DNA of 63,915 nt from Treponema sp. (GCA_017412405.1 JAFPYB010000219.1:1-63915); one strand, 5' to 3'; positions 51,978 to 62,384 are shown, numbered from the stretch's first letter. Notes: generated by a model not told the origin, from the letters alone. Numbers and translations: made by a program.

Positions 51978-53735
51978 CTATATTGTGAATTTGTTTATTT
52001 CCGCCACAAGGTTCTTCGCGTTGGCGGAAAGCTCCTCGCTCATGGCGGCAAGCTCCTCGGACGCGCTGGCGTTCTGCTGGACGACAGTATCAAGCTGCAC
52101 GATTGCCTGGCTCACTTGGCTTGCGCCCTCATCCTGCTCCTTGCATGCAGTGGAAATGCCGCTGATAAGCTCCGCCGTCTTCTGAATCTCGGGGACCACA
52201 CCGCTGATTTTGTCCCCCGCATCCTGGGCCACGGCAAGAGTCCGCTCCGCAACCTCCATGATTGCGGCGGCATCTGTCTGACACCGCTCGGCAAGTTTCC
52301 GAACTTCGCTTGCGACAACGGCGAATCCCTTTCCGGCCTCGCCGGCCCGCGCCGCCTCGATTGCCGCATTGAGCGCAAGAAGGTTCGTCTGCTTGGCAAT
52401 GTCCCCGATGACGACGATTTTCTCGGAAATCTCCTGCACCGCCTGAAGCGACTCGTTCACCGCGCTTCCGCCTTCGGTAAGGCGCACGGAGGATGAGCTG
52501 GCAATCTGCCCTGTCTTGAGCGCGTTCTCGGCAGTCTGGCGGATATTGGACGCCATCTCCTCCATTGTCGCGCTCATCTCCTCGGAACTTGCGGCCTGCT
52601 CGCTGGCACCGCTTGAAATCGACATGGAGGAGGCGGAAATCTGGTCGCTCTCCAAAAGCACTTCGTTTGCCGTGTCCCTGACTTTCCTCATCAAATCCTG
52701 CAGAATCTTGATGAACGCATTAACGTTGGAACCAAGATCCGCAAATTCATCATGACCTTTCACGGGGATTCGGTACGTCAAATCGGCGTGTCCCGACGCA
52801 AGGTTTCGCACGGCTCCGCGCACCACATCCAGCGGGCGGATGACTTTTGAGAACAAAAGCCCCACGAACACGAAAAGAATCAAAACCGTAGATATGGCGA
52901 TGATGACGGTGAGAGGCCTAAAAATCGCCTGCGATACAAGGGATGCCACCTGGAGCGGCTTTCCGATGTACAATGTCGTGAGGAACTTTCCGTTCACATC
53001 GTAGAACGGGAAATAATAGGAAATGTTCGGGACGCCGCCGATTATGTTGATTAAGAGCGTGTCCTTGCCAAGTTCCGCATTGTCGATTACGAAATGGTCG
53101 GCAATCTCGGTTCCGTCCATTCCCTCAATGCTGGTGGCGGCTCTCGTGTAGCCGTCAAAAATCGTGACATTGCAATGGATGTAGGAAGAAAGTCGATTCA
53201 CAAAACCGTCGGAAGAAGCGGAGGCCTTTGCAACAATAGCACCGAATGGAACACCATCGTGCTCAAGGGGCAACGCCACAAGCGCGTAGATTTTTGCGCC
53301 AGTCTTCACGAACGTAGTCGTTTTCGTTCCCTCAAGCGCACTGTGCACAAAATCGTTCGCCACGACAGAGCCGTATTTTTTTGGCGAAATTTGGCTCCCG
53401 TTCCGGTTGAAGACAACTATGGTCTCGGCCTCGGAGGACTGGAGACACCCCTTGCACACGTTGTCAACAAACCATGCCGGAAGTTCCCCCTCGGTCATCT
53501 GCTCGTTCTCAAGAGCATCCTTTGGAAAATACAGGGATTTGTCCAAGCGTTCCAGAAGAAGATTCATCTCCATGAGAAACGTCTGGGAGAATTCCTTGGT
53601 GTCGCTTTCAAAAAATTTTATTAGCCCGGAATTGAGCTGCGTCCTGACAGTAACAAAAATAACTCCTGCATACACAACAATGATGATACCCAAAAGAACA
53701 GAAATTATTTTTGTTATAGAAATACTTTTCTTCAT
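51978..53735 (-). CDS. Methyl-accepting chemotaxis protein
   Basis: TM-Cache-like-TM-HAMP, [27 protein letters not shown]. Confidence 0.96.
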   Translation of the reverse strand: MKKSISITKIISVLLGIIIVVYAGVIFVTVRTQLNSGLIKFFESDTKEFSQTFLMEMNLLLERLDKSLYFPKDALENEQMTEGELPAWFVDNVCKGCLQSSEAETIVVFNRNGSQISPKKYGSVVANDFVHSALEGTKTTTFVKTGAKIYALVALPLEHDGVPFGAIVAKASASSDGFVNRLSSYIHCNVTIFDGYTRAATSIEGMDGTEIADHFVIDNAELGKDTLLINIIGGVPNISYYFPFYDVNGKFLTTLYIGKPLQVASLVSQAIFRPLTVIIAISTVLILFVFVGLLFSKVIRPLDVVRGAVRNLASGHADLTYRIPVKGHDEFADLGSNVNAFIKILQDLMRKVRDTANEVLLESDQISASSMSISSGASEQAASSEEMSATMEEMASNIRQTAENALKTGQIASSSSVRLTEGGSAVNESLQAVQEISEKIVVIGDIAKQTNLLALNAAIEAARAGEAGKGFAVVASEVRKLAERCQTDAAAIMEVAERTLAVAQDAGDKISGVVPEIQKTAELISGISTACKEQDEGASQVSQAIVQLDTVVQQNASASEELAAMSEELSANAKNLVAEINKFTI

Positions 53736-53821
53736 GTCGTTTCCTCAAAACTTACTTTTATTATTCTAACCGCATTTCCAATATTTTGCACGAAAATTTG
53801 AATCTGCAACAATCAGCAATA

Positions 53822-55132
53822 TCAGGCAAAAATCGATTTCATTGTGCGAAGAACATCTTCCGTGCATGAAGCATACGGCCGCCCCAACTCCACGGGACTG
53901 AGCGCGGCTGAAACAAAGTCTGGCATATCGGGAGACTCGCCAAGGCAATGGCGTATGAAATCGGACGAAAGCGCGGGATGGTCCCGCATAATCAGCACCA
54001 CGCTCGCCTCGTCCTCGTCGGTAAGCTCCTCCTTCGCCTTGAGCGCGGCATATGCAAGGGACGTGTTCTTGTCCGCATAAACGCCGTACTTGGAGAAAAG
54101 CTCCTGGCACGCCGAAACGGCAGCCGCCTCGTCCACGTCTGCGGGGAACACGAAATTTTTGAGCATGAGCGACTCCGTGCGGAATATGTCTTCAAGCCGC
54201 TCCAAATTCGACGGGGAGGCGGGATCAACTTTGTCCCTGTTTTCAAGGGACACGATGCTGTCCATAATCTGGCAGTTTCCGTGCATGTCAAGCTTGATTT
54301 CGTCAGTCATGGGGATTATGAATCCGTTGAGCGGAAGATAGACCTTCCAGCTGTAAAGACCCGCCACCAAGTTGGAGTAGTTTCCGGGGGCAAGGCTGTA
54401 GAAAATGTCCCCTGACACCTGCTTTTTCAGGCGGGAGAAGGCATACGGATAGAAGAACGACTGGGGAATGAGCCGCCCGATGTTCGCAGTGTTGGCGACG
54501 GTGAGGTGGAGCGATTCAACGAGGGAGCGCTCAGAAAAAATCTGGCGCACGATGTTGTGGCAGTCTTTTTCCGTGCCGTCTATTTCTATTGGAAGAATGT
54601 TTCCGCCGTTCCACACATAATCGCGCTCCTCAAGACCGCGAACCATGCCCTTTGGATAGAGGAGCACGCCCTTCAACCGCTTTTTTCCGCGAATGGCGCG
54701 GGCAAGGGATGCCCCCAGCTCGCCGATTGTAGCGTCAAGAAACACGGCGTTCTCGTTTTTGAGCGTGAGAATCGTCTCAAGGCAGTTCACAAGGAAAAAA
54801 ATGCCGAAATCCTTGTGGCTCCCAGTGGGCGTGTGAAACAGCTCCGGAGAGAAAAGCCTGTCATCCAGCTTCTTGAACGAAGGCTCAAAGCTGAACGCTT
54901 TGGTGGCCATTGTTTCGCATATGATTGGGGAAAATTCGTCTTTCAGGAACGCGCTGGTCAGTGCGCCCGCAATCGAAGAAAATGTGGTCTTTTCGTCCGT
55001 GTACAATATCCAGCGGCGTTTGTCCTCAAAATCCTCGGGAACATACAGCCCGCCGTCAGCGGGAATGCAGTCCCGAACCGCTTTCTCAAATGATACGATA
55101 TTGCCGGAATCTCGTGTTGAAATAAATTTCAT
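53822..55132 (-). CDS. thrC: Threonine synthase-like PLP enzyme (divergent)
   Basis: MKFISTR, DGGLYVP, ELFH.PT..KD, AN..NIGRL and SNLERL. Confidence 0.75.
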   Translation of the reverse strand: MKFISTRDSGNIVSFEKAVRDCIPADGGLYVPEDFEDKRRWILYTDEKTTFSSIAGALTSAFLKDEFSPIICETMATKAFSFEPSFKKLDDRLFSPELFHTPTGSHKDFGIFFLVNCLETILTLKNENAVFLDATIGELGASLARAIRGKKRLKGVLLYPKGMVRGLEERDYVWNGGNILPIEIDGTEKDCHNIVRQIFSERSLVESLHLTVANTANIGRLIPQSFFYPYAFSRLKKQVSGDIFYSLAPGNYSNLVAGLYSWKVYLPLNGFIIPMTDEIKLDMHGNCQIMDSIVSLENRDKVDPASPSNLERLEDIFRTESLMLKNFVFPADVDEAAAVSACQELFSKYGVYADKNTSLAYAALKAKEELTDEDEASVVLIMRDHPALSSDFIRHCLGESPDMPDFVSAALSPVELGRPYASCTEDVLRTMKSIFA

Positions 55133-55216
55133 ACCGATATTTTACCGATTTTGGCGGCACATGGAAAGTTAAAAAATCGATAAAAACAGACTTGCCCACC
55201 AAACCCGCCAAAGACC

Positions 55217-55426
55217 TGCGGCTAGTCCAAAGATTGGGATTTGAGAGCAACTTTATCTTTTCTGCTTGTTCTGGTAGCTTGCCTTGATGAACTCTGCGGT
55301 TGCTCGCTCCTTGCTCGCAACCCTCCGAGTTCGCTGCGCCGCATCCGTGCGGCTAGTCAAAAGCTCGGGCTTTGAGAGCAAATTTATTTCTTCTTTTTGT
55401 TTTGGTAGCTTGCCTTGATGAACTCT
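55217..55426 (-). repeat. 79-bp imperfect direct repeat of the pyrG 3' end
   Basis: Copies 55217-55295 and 55348-55426, 69/79 identical by manual alignment. Confidence 0.88.
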
Positions 55427-56994
55427 CGGAAAAGAGGGCCGGCTTTGTTTGGGCGGGACTTGAATTCCGGGTGGAACTGGCCGCCAACCATCCACGGGTG
55501 GTTCGGCACCTCCACGATTTCAACCAGGTTACGCTCCGGGTTCACGCCTGCAATGACAAGACCCATCTTCTCAAAGTCTGCGCGGTACTCGTTGTTGAAT
55601 TCGTAGCGATGGCGATGGCGTTCCCAGATTGTCTCAGACTTGTACGCCTCCATCGTCTTTGTTCCCGCCTTGACCGTGCACTCGAATTTTCCGAGCCTGA
55701 GCGTGCCGCCCAAGATTTTTCCAGTCTGGTCAGGCATGAGGGCTATGACAGGATGGGTTGTGTCCTTGTTCATCTCGCTTGAGTGGGCATCAGCCCAGCC
55801 CAGGACATTCCGAGCATACTCTATGACAATAATCTGCATTCCCAGGCAAATGCCAAAATACGGAACATCGTTCACACGGGCATATTTTGCCGCGTTCACC
55901 ATGCCTTCCACGCCACGAGTCCCGAATCCGCCCGGCACGATGATTCCATCCGCGCCCTTGAGCTTGACGTACGTCGTCTTATCGTCCTTCAGCTCCTCCG
56001 CGTCAATCCATTGGATTTCAACCCCCACCTCATTGGCGATACCGCCGTGGATGAGGCTTTCCACCACAGAAAGATACGCATCGTGCAAATCCACATATTT
56101 TCCCACTAGGGCGATTTTTACCGTGTCCTTCGGATTGTGGAAAACATCAACCATCTTAGACCATTCAGAAAGCTCCGTGGGAGCCGTCGTAATGCCAAGC
56201 ACCTTGCACACAGCATCCCCCATATGCTCGCTCTCAAGCTGGAGCGGCACTTCGTAGATTGAGCGCGCCGTGGTGTTCTGTATAACGCAGTCCGTGTCAA
56301 CATTGCAGAAAAGGGCCAGCTTTTCCCTCGTGGTGCGGTCGATTGGCACATCGCAGCGGAGCATGAGGATGTTCGGCTGGATTCCAAGCTCCTGCAGCTC
56401 CTTCACCGAATGTTGCGTAGGTTTTGTCTTTATTTCGTGGGCTTTCTCCATGTACGGAACCAGGGTCAGATGCACATAGCAGCAGTTCTCCTCGCCCACA
56501 CGATATTTTATCTGCCTGATTGCCTCAATGAACGGAAGGGATTCAATATCGCCCACCGTACCGCCGATTTCCGTGATGATGATGTCCGCCTTCGTCTCCT
56601 CCGTGGAAAGAAGCATACGGCGAAGAATTTCTTCCGTGACGTTCGGAATGACCTGAACAGTTCCGCCGTTGTATCCGCCTTCCCGCTCCCGCTGGAGGAC
56701 GGTCATGTAGACGCGTCCGCTCGTAGTGTTGGAGGTTTGGCTGAGCGTTGCGTCGGTGAACCGCTCGTAGTGCCCCAAATCCAAGTCCGTCTCAGCGCCG
56801 TCGTCCGTCACGAACACCTCGCCGTGCTGGAATGGGTTCATTGTGCCGGGGTCAATGTTCAAGTACGGATCGAACTTCTGGTTCACGACCTTGAGTCCTC
56901 GTGATTTCAAAATCAATCCAACGGAAGCCGCCGCGATTCCTTTTCCGAGACCAGAAACAACTCCACCTGTAATAAAAATGTACTTTGTAGCCAT
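55384..56994 (-). CDS. pyrG: CTP synthase
   Basis: TGGVVSGLGKG, DPYLN.DPGTM, PGGFG.RG, GICLGMQ and QFHPEF. Confidence 0.98.
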   Translation of the reverse strand: MATKYIFITGGVVSGLGKGIAAASVGLILKSRGLKVVNQKFDPYLNIDPGTMNPFQHGEVFVTDDGAETDLDLGHYERFTDATLSQTSNTTSGRVYMTVLQREREGGYNGGTVQVIPNVTEEILRRMLLSTEETKADIIITEIGGTVGDIESLPFIEAIRQIKYRVGEENCCYVHLTLVPYMEKAHEIKTKPTQHSVKELQELGIQPNILMLRCDVPIDRTTREKLALFCNVDTDCVIQNTTARSIYEVPLQLESEHMGDAVCKVLGITTAPTELSEWSKMVDVFHNPKDTVKIALVGKYVDLHDAYLSVVESLIHGGIANEVGVEIQWIDAEELKDDKTTYVKLKGADGIIVPGGFGTRGVEGMVNAAKYARVNDVPYFGICLGMQIIVIEYARNVLGWADAHSSEMNKDTTHPVIALMPDQTGKILGGTLRLGKFECTVKAGTKTMEAYKSETIWERHRHRYEFNNEYRADFEKMGLVIAGVNPERNLVEIVEVPNHPWMVGGQFHPEFKSRPNKAGPLFREFIKASYQNKKKK

Positions 56995-57015
56995 AAAAAA
57001 CCCTAAGCAGTCGAA

Positions 57016-57050
57016 AATAAAAAAGACCTAAACGAATAATCGTTCAGGTC
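57016..57050 (-). terminator. Terminator after tRNA-Asn
   Basis: Minus strand GACCTGAACGA-ttat-TCGTTTAGGTC plus T run. Confidence 0.7.
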
Positions 57051-57059
57051 CTACATAAG

Positions 57060-57132
57060 CGACCCCTGCTGGGCTTGAACCAGCGACACACGGATTAACA
57101 GTCCGTTGCTCTACCGACTGAGCTAAGGGATC
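57060..57132 (-). tRNA. tRNA-Asn(GUU)
   Basis: GATCCCT TAGCTCAG...loop CTGTTAA...GTTCAAGCCC...AGGGGTCG; no encoded CCA. Confidence 0.95.
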
Positions 57133-57279
57133 ATCGACAAGCGATGTATATATATTATTTTTTTCACCAAAAAAGGTCAAGTAGTTTTCACCGATTTTTT
57201 TATTTTTTCTGCTTTTTTCATCTCCCAAGAAAGTTTCGCATCTACGCCGCGGCGGGCGGCACCCGCTTGGACGCGCTGC

Positions 57280-57388
57280 CACATCGACCGGAGCGGTAGC
57301 GGAATGGAGAGACCTGGCCAGCTTTGGCTTTTTGTTCCGGCTCGGGTAGATTTCTCGACGCGCTTGCGCTTTGCTTGCTCGGAATGAC
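57280..57388. repeat. Degenerate GTCAT-type palindromic repeat pair
   Basis: Inverted units catcgaccggagcg...ggagagacct and agatttctcgac...gctcggaatgac. Confidence 0.5.
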
Positions 57389-57550
57389 AGGGCCAGGGCG
57401 AGCCAAGAGCCGAGATTTGCAAAAAATTCTTTAAAAAACACCTTGAAAAGCTTAACATTACGTGTGTCACAATGTAAAATAGAGACATTATATTTGACTG
57501 ACGGCTTGTTTTCCGCGTTTCGCCGTCTTAAAAAAAAAACGGAGGTTTTT

Positions 57551-59998
57551 ATGAAAAAATCGCTTCTCATTCTAAAACTTGTGTCCGCGCTGTTTGCGGC
57601 GGGGATTTTTTATTCATGCGACTCCGGCGGCGGCGGCGGCGGAAGCTCGGGGGGGGGTAATTCCAATAGCTCAGGCTCCACGAGCATAAGCATAACGATT
57701 CCGTCTGCAACATCTTCTTCCTCTGACATTAATCTTCTGGGCGATTTTGGCATTGATGACACGAAGGATTTCTGCTACGAGATTTACTTCAAGAAAGGCA
57801 CAAAGGAAATCGCACGAAAAGAAGGCACGCCAGGCAAAACTGTCACTTTCGACAATGTGACATACGACACCTATGATTTTTTCCTTGACATATATGTTGA
57901 CTCGAACAAAATTACGAAGCTTAACACACTGGATGTCCTGAACAAAACTGTCTCCGCGAGCAACAACACCGTGACTTTTCCTGACATGAGCACAAGCACC
58001 TACAAAAATTGGTACTTCGTGAAGAATGTGGATGATCTTACTAGAGCTTTGAGCAAAATTGACGAGGATAGTTCGTATAATGCGAGCAACACGGCAATAT
58101 TGTGTCTTCTTGCAACCATAGAGGATCCTAGAGCGGATAGCGTAAAAGGGAACTCCGCGATTCAGTTAGTTGAGAACGGCTATTCGTTTGCGGCGCACCT
58201 GTACACGGTTACGCTTCCGTCGGATTTGCCCGCTGGCTGTTCCGTGACGACAAACAACGCGGACAACAAGTTCGCGGAGAATGTCACAGTCACGCTCACG
58301 GTAACGGCGGGGACGGGCTACAAATTCAAGTCTATTAGCTACGGGGTGGCTGGCTCCGCATCTCAAAACGACCCGACTGAGGGTGAGGCGGGAGTTACTT
58401 ATACTTTCCCAATGCCTTCGAACGATGTAAGGGTTTCTGCCAGGTTTATTCCCGTTTACACGATTACATACAATCTGAATGGGGGTGGGCCTGCAGTTGG
58501 CTCTGACTTTGAAAGCACTGCTCGGTATACGGAAGAGAACTTTGATGATGACGGAGTTTATGCGCTTCCTACGAGAGATAAAATTTCCAAAACTGGATAT
58601 CTTTTCTACGGCTGGTATACGGAATCGGATTTCTCGGGAGACAAAGTTGAGCAAATTGTTAGTGAGGATATAGGAAACAAAACATTCCACGCGCGGTGGA
58701 TAGACTCGATTTATGTAAAGGCTGGCGAAAGTTCCAGCAATGACGGACTTACCGCAGATACGGCTGTAGGAACGCTTGCGGCTGCGATAACAAAAATCAA
58801 TGATACTGCAACTGAACTTGAAGTAGATAACTTTGATTGGAAAATCCAGGTTTTAAGCGATTTGTTAACCACACAAGATATGAGCGCATCAATGGTCAGT
58901 GCGAATAAAATCATGGTTGAGGGAAACAGTCACACTCTTGATGGTTCTGGTGGTACTGACAGTGTTCTAAAAATAATAAATACTCCAATTCCTATAACTA
59001 TAAAGAACCTAAAGATAACAGGTGGAAGTAGGGATTATAATGGCTCTGGCCTTTATGTTTCTGGTAACAATGTGGATGTAACTCTTGGCGAGGGGGCGAA
59101 AGTAACTGGAAATGGTAACAGCGGTACTAATTCTGCTCCTATGGGCGGCGGAGTTTATGTAATTGGTGCGACATTTACCGTTGCAAGCGGGGCTGAGATT
59201 ACGAACAATAACTGCACGGGGACGGATAGTTTTGGGATGGTTGACGGCTGTGGCGGCGGAATTCTCTATAGAAATGGCTCTACAGTCAAGGTTTTTGGCA
59301 AGGTGAGCGGAAATATTGATGCGGCAAATGCTGATATCTGCGCATTTTCTACTTATGCGAGTCCAAATGAAGCTGGAACTTTGACTTTGGGTGAGGGCGC
59401 GGAAGTTGGAAAAATTAATTTGACTTGGGAAAACACGATTAATGTAAGCGGTGCGCCAGCTTCCTCATCGATAGCCGTGGAAATCGATCCTGACTACTGC
59501 ACTTCTGGGTGGCAAGTCTTGACTGGAGATATAGCGACAATCGGGGCTAATTACACAAAATTCACCATTACTAATACGGGCTTGTACAACAAGATTGGAA
59601 GCGAAGGAAAACTTGTGGCAAAGGATGTGGACAAATTCACATTGGCAGATTTTAATGCATTGACATTCCAGCCCGATGCTATCCCTTCTAAAGCATTTAA
59701 TAATAACGCAGATATACTTAACAAGGTAATAGTATACAAACCGATAACCGCACTTGACACATATATGGTTATGAAAGTTACTGATTTGAACTCGACTAGT
59801 CAATTTAGTGGAACTGCCGTGTTGTACAATACATTAACCGGAATCAAGCAACCTTTTACGATTACGAATCAATCTTATATAAACCTTATAACAGGTGGTA
59901 CTGATGATGGATTTGTTACTACCACTGCCTCGTATTTTGCTACGGAATCATCAGGAGGTGTTACTTTTTATAACACAGAATATTCCATTTTGGAGTAA
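57551..59998 (+). CDS. Surface lipoprotein with InlB-B-like repeats and a beta-helix-like region
   Basis: GGAGG RBS, lipobox FYSC, G/S tether, YTITYNLNGG...GY.FYGWY...ARW repeat, GGGVYV-type motifs. Confidence 0.85.
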   Translation: MKKSLLILKLVSALFAAGIFYSCDSGGGGGGSSGGGNSNSSGSTSISITIPSATSSSSDINLLGDFGIDDTKDFCYEIYFKKGTKEIARKEGTPGKTVTFDNVTYDTYDFFLDIYVDSNKITKLNTLDVLNKTVSASNNTVTFPDMSTSTYKNWYFVKNVDDLTRALSKIDEDSSYNASNTAILCLLATIEDPRADSVKGNSAIQLVENGYSFAAHLYTVTLPSDLPAGCSVTTNNADNKFAENVTVTLTVTAGTGYKFKSISYGVAGSASQNDPTEGEAGVTYTFPMPSNDVRVSARFIPVYTITYNLNGGGPAVGSDFESTARYTEENFDDDGVYALPTRDKISKTGYLFYGWYTESDFSGDKVEQIVSEDIGNKTFHARWIDSIYVKAGESSSNDGLTADTAVGTLAAAITKINDTATELEVDNFDWKIQVLSDLLTTQDMSASMVSANKIMVEGNSHTLDGSGGTDSVLKIINTPIPITIKNLKITGGSRDYNGSGLYVSGNNVDVTLGEGAKVTGNGNSGTNSAPMGGGVYVIGATFTVASGAEITNNNCTGTDSFGMVDGCGGGILYRNGSTVKVFGKVSGNIDAANADICAFSTYASPNEAGTLTLGEGAEVGKINLTWENTINVSGAPASSSIAVEIDPDYCTSGWQVLTGDIATIGANYTKFTITNTGLYNKIGSEGKLVAKDVDKFTLADFNALTFQPDAIPSKAFNNNADILNKVIVYKPITALDTYMVMKVTDLNSTSQFSGTAVLYNTLTGIKQPFTITNQSYINLITGGTDDGFVTTTASYFATESSGGVTFYNTEYSILE

Positions 59999-60148
59999 TT
60001 TTTCGGGGGGGGCGCACAAACGGCAAGGTGTGGGTGCTCCTCGGAATGATTCTGAGCTTGGAACGAAGCCAGAATTTGGACTGGTCGGAGCCTGCTTGCA
60101 AGCAATTCGTTCTGGGGGTTGGAACTCAGAGCTAACTCGGGTTTGGTC

Positions 60149-60495
60149 GGGCTGCCCCTCAGAATTGTTCTAAGCTCAGAACTGATTGCCAGTTCGGGCT
60201 GAGTCGCGTGGCGCGTTCCCAAACAAACAATCCGACACAAAAAAATGCGCGTGCGCAGGTTCGCACCGCCAAACTCGTTCTGTGCGTGCGAACCAATTTG
60301 CAACGCAAATTGGTGAGACAAATACCACTTACGCACAGTCACGAAGTTTGAGCGGGGCGGTTCTGCGTAGAGCGTATTTTTTTTGCGACTTGGGGCTGAT
60401 TTGTTCTGGGCTGCCCCTCAGATTGATTCTAAAACTCAGAACAGATTGCCAGCTCTGGCTGAGTCGCGGGGGCATTCCCAGCCAGCAATCCGCCA
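60149..60495. repeat. About 88-bp imperfect direct repeats
   Basis: gggctgcccctcaga...ctcagaac.gattgccag...ggctgagtcgcg...caatccg.ca at 60149 and 60408; weaker copy near 60032. Confidence 0.75.
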
Positions 60496-60505
60496 TCGCC
60501 AATTA

Positions 60506-60514
60506 TGGTATAAT
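60506..60514 (+). promoter_or_regulatory. Extended -10 promoter
   Basis: TGGTATAAT (perfect TGn-TATAAT), ending 9 nt before ATG 60524. Confidence 0.6.
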
Positions 60515-60523
60515 ATGCAATGT

Positions 60524-62350
60524 ATGGAACAAAACACAATCAAAGAAACAAAGACCAGGATTTTTGATATACACTGTCCATCCTGTGGCGCGCCCGCATA
60601 TTATGACATCAAGTCTCATGTGTATAAATGCCGTTATTGCAGCGGCAAAGTCGGGGTGGACGAAGCAATAAAAGCCAATCAGGGATTCCGCTCGATTCAG
60701 AAGCAGAAAATGCACGAAGCCCTCGGTCATTTTGAGCTTGAAAAAGGCGAGTGCACTGGCTGCGGAGCGGAAGTTATCTTTGACAAGGGCGATGCAATCG
60801 CGCATTGTGCTTTTTGCGGGCGGGAGCTTGTGCGCGGGGAGTTCCTTAAACTCAAGGATATTCCCGAGCTTATCATTCCGTTCTCAATCACGAAAGATGA
60901 AGCGCGCGACATTCTTTCTGAGTGGTGCAAGAAAAATCATTTAAAAAAAGAAGCCCGAGAGCTTCTAAAAAATGCCGGTAAGATTACAGGCTGTTATCTT
61001 CCGTATGAACTTGTGAAAGGTCCGGTCTACTGCTTTGTCTCGCGCGTTGAGGACGGAAACAGCTACGAGTGCGACGGCTATGTTGACGGAATCTTCGTAA
61101 ACTGCTCCAAAAATCTTGATAACATGCTTTTGGACGGAATGGAGCCGTATAATCTTGATGAAATCACTGGATTCGATTTTGCGTACATTGCAGGTCATCA
61201 GGTGAAGGTAGCAGACATCACAGGCGAAGAACTGAGCCGGCGAATCGGCGGAGAGGTCAGCGAAGCCTACCGTCCTTTGGTTCAGAAAACGCTTGAAACA
61301 AAAGTCGTCGATGTGGATGTAGGAACTTGCGGTGTAGTACGGATGCCAGTCCTTCTCCCTGCTTATTACATTTCGTTCGGAAAATACATGGCGGCTGTGA
61401 ACGGGCAGACCGGCAAGGTGAGCGTTCGCGCAATCATGGATTCCCATTACTACATCATGCCGTGGTGGATTCGGGCCACTCTTTCGACGAATATTGCGAT
61501 GGGAAGCATAATGCTCGGCATGAAGATTTTTGGCGCAGAGAACGATTTGGTAATAGGCGCCGGCCTTGCTCTCTGGGCTTTCTTTACTGTCGTGATGCTT
61601 TGCGCATACAGCGACAAAAGGCAGAAGTGGTTCAGGGTAAAGCGGAATCCGAGAATTTTTACTTCAAGGGGCGGGCCTTATGTCAGGGAGGCTGGACCAA
61701 ACGGCAGTTTGAAAAACGGAAAACTTGTCCAGTCTGATACCGAGCTAAAAAAGCCAGAGATTCTAAAGCCCGTGTTCGTCATGGATATAGACGGAAAGGA
61801 AACGCCCGTAATCATCAAGTTCACAGCTTTTTTCCGTATGCTGCAGATGCTTGGCTTGGCTGCGGTCGTGCTGTTCTTCCCTGTAATCATCGCCCTGTTC
61901 ATCAACAGATTCAATTTCTCCCAGATTTGGTTTGGCGGTTCTGCCGTGTGGTTCTGCATTACAATACCGCTAATCCCAGTATTCCTTGTAAAATACGGAA
62001 GAATCGAACTGTATGACCATCCGTGGATATACATAATCAAGGAAAACGGGCGGAAAAAGCGGTACAAGAACAAGAAAAAGCTGAACCTTATGTTAGAATT
62101 GTGTATACTATTCGGAATTTACCCAAAGAACTATTATGAGAACCAGTGGCTTGAAAAATATGGCAAAAAAGCTAGTTCAAAGAAAAAAAAGAAGTACTCC
62201 GGCGACTACAAAGTTTCTGGCAAGCAGAAAAAAGAGCTTGCAATGGCAATACTGAAGCTGTTTTTCAAGCCGCCCGTATGCTTCGGCGTGTGGGCAGGAA
62301 TCGCAATTTTCTGCGGAATGGTCTATCTGACGGCATTCGGAATTGAGTGA
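60524..62350 (+). CDS. Double zinc-ribbon membrane protein
   Basis: CPSC, CRYC, CTGC and CAFC pairs; VNGQTGKV motif; several C-terminal TM helices. Confidence 0.8.
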   Translation: MEQNTIKETKTRIFDIHCPSCGAPAYYDIKSHVYKCRYCSGKVGVDEAIKANQGFRSIQKQKMHEALGHFELEKGECTGCGAEVIFDKGDAIAHCAFCGRELVRGEFLKLKDIPELIIPFSITKDEARDILSEWCKKNHLKKEARELLKNAGKITGCYLPYELVKGPVYCFVSRVEDGNSYECDGYVDGIFVNCSKNLDNMLLDGMEPYNLDEITGFDFAYIAGHQVKVADITGEELSRRIGGEVSEAYRPLVQKTLETKVVDVDVGTCGVVRMPVLLPAYYISFGKYMAAVNGQTGKVSVRAIMDSHYYIMPWWIRATLSTNIAMGSIMLGMKIFGAENDLVIGAGLALWAFFTVVMLCAYSDKRQKWFRVKRNPRIFTSRGGPYVREAGPNGSLKNGKLVQSDTELKKPEILKPVFVMDIDGKETPVIIKFTAFFRMLQMLGLAAVVLFFPVIIALFINRFNFSQIWFGGSAVWFCITIPLIPVFLVKYGRIELYDHPWIYIIKENGRKKRYKNKKKLNLMLELCILFGIYPKNYYENQWLEKYGKKASSKKKKKYSGDYKVSGKQKKELAMAILKLFFKPPVCFGVWAGIAIFCGMVYLTAFGIE

Positions 62351-62354
62351 GGAT

Positions 62355-62384
62355 GGTTTCGATACGCTTCGCTACTCAACCACC
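62355..62384. repeat. REP-like hairpin
   Basis: ggtttcgatacGCTTCGCtactcaaccacc, carrying GCGAAGC on the minus strand. Confidence 0.5.
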
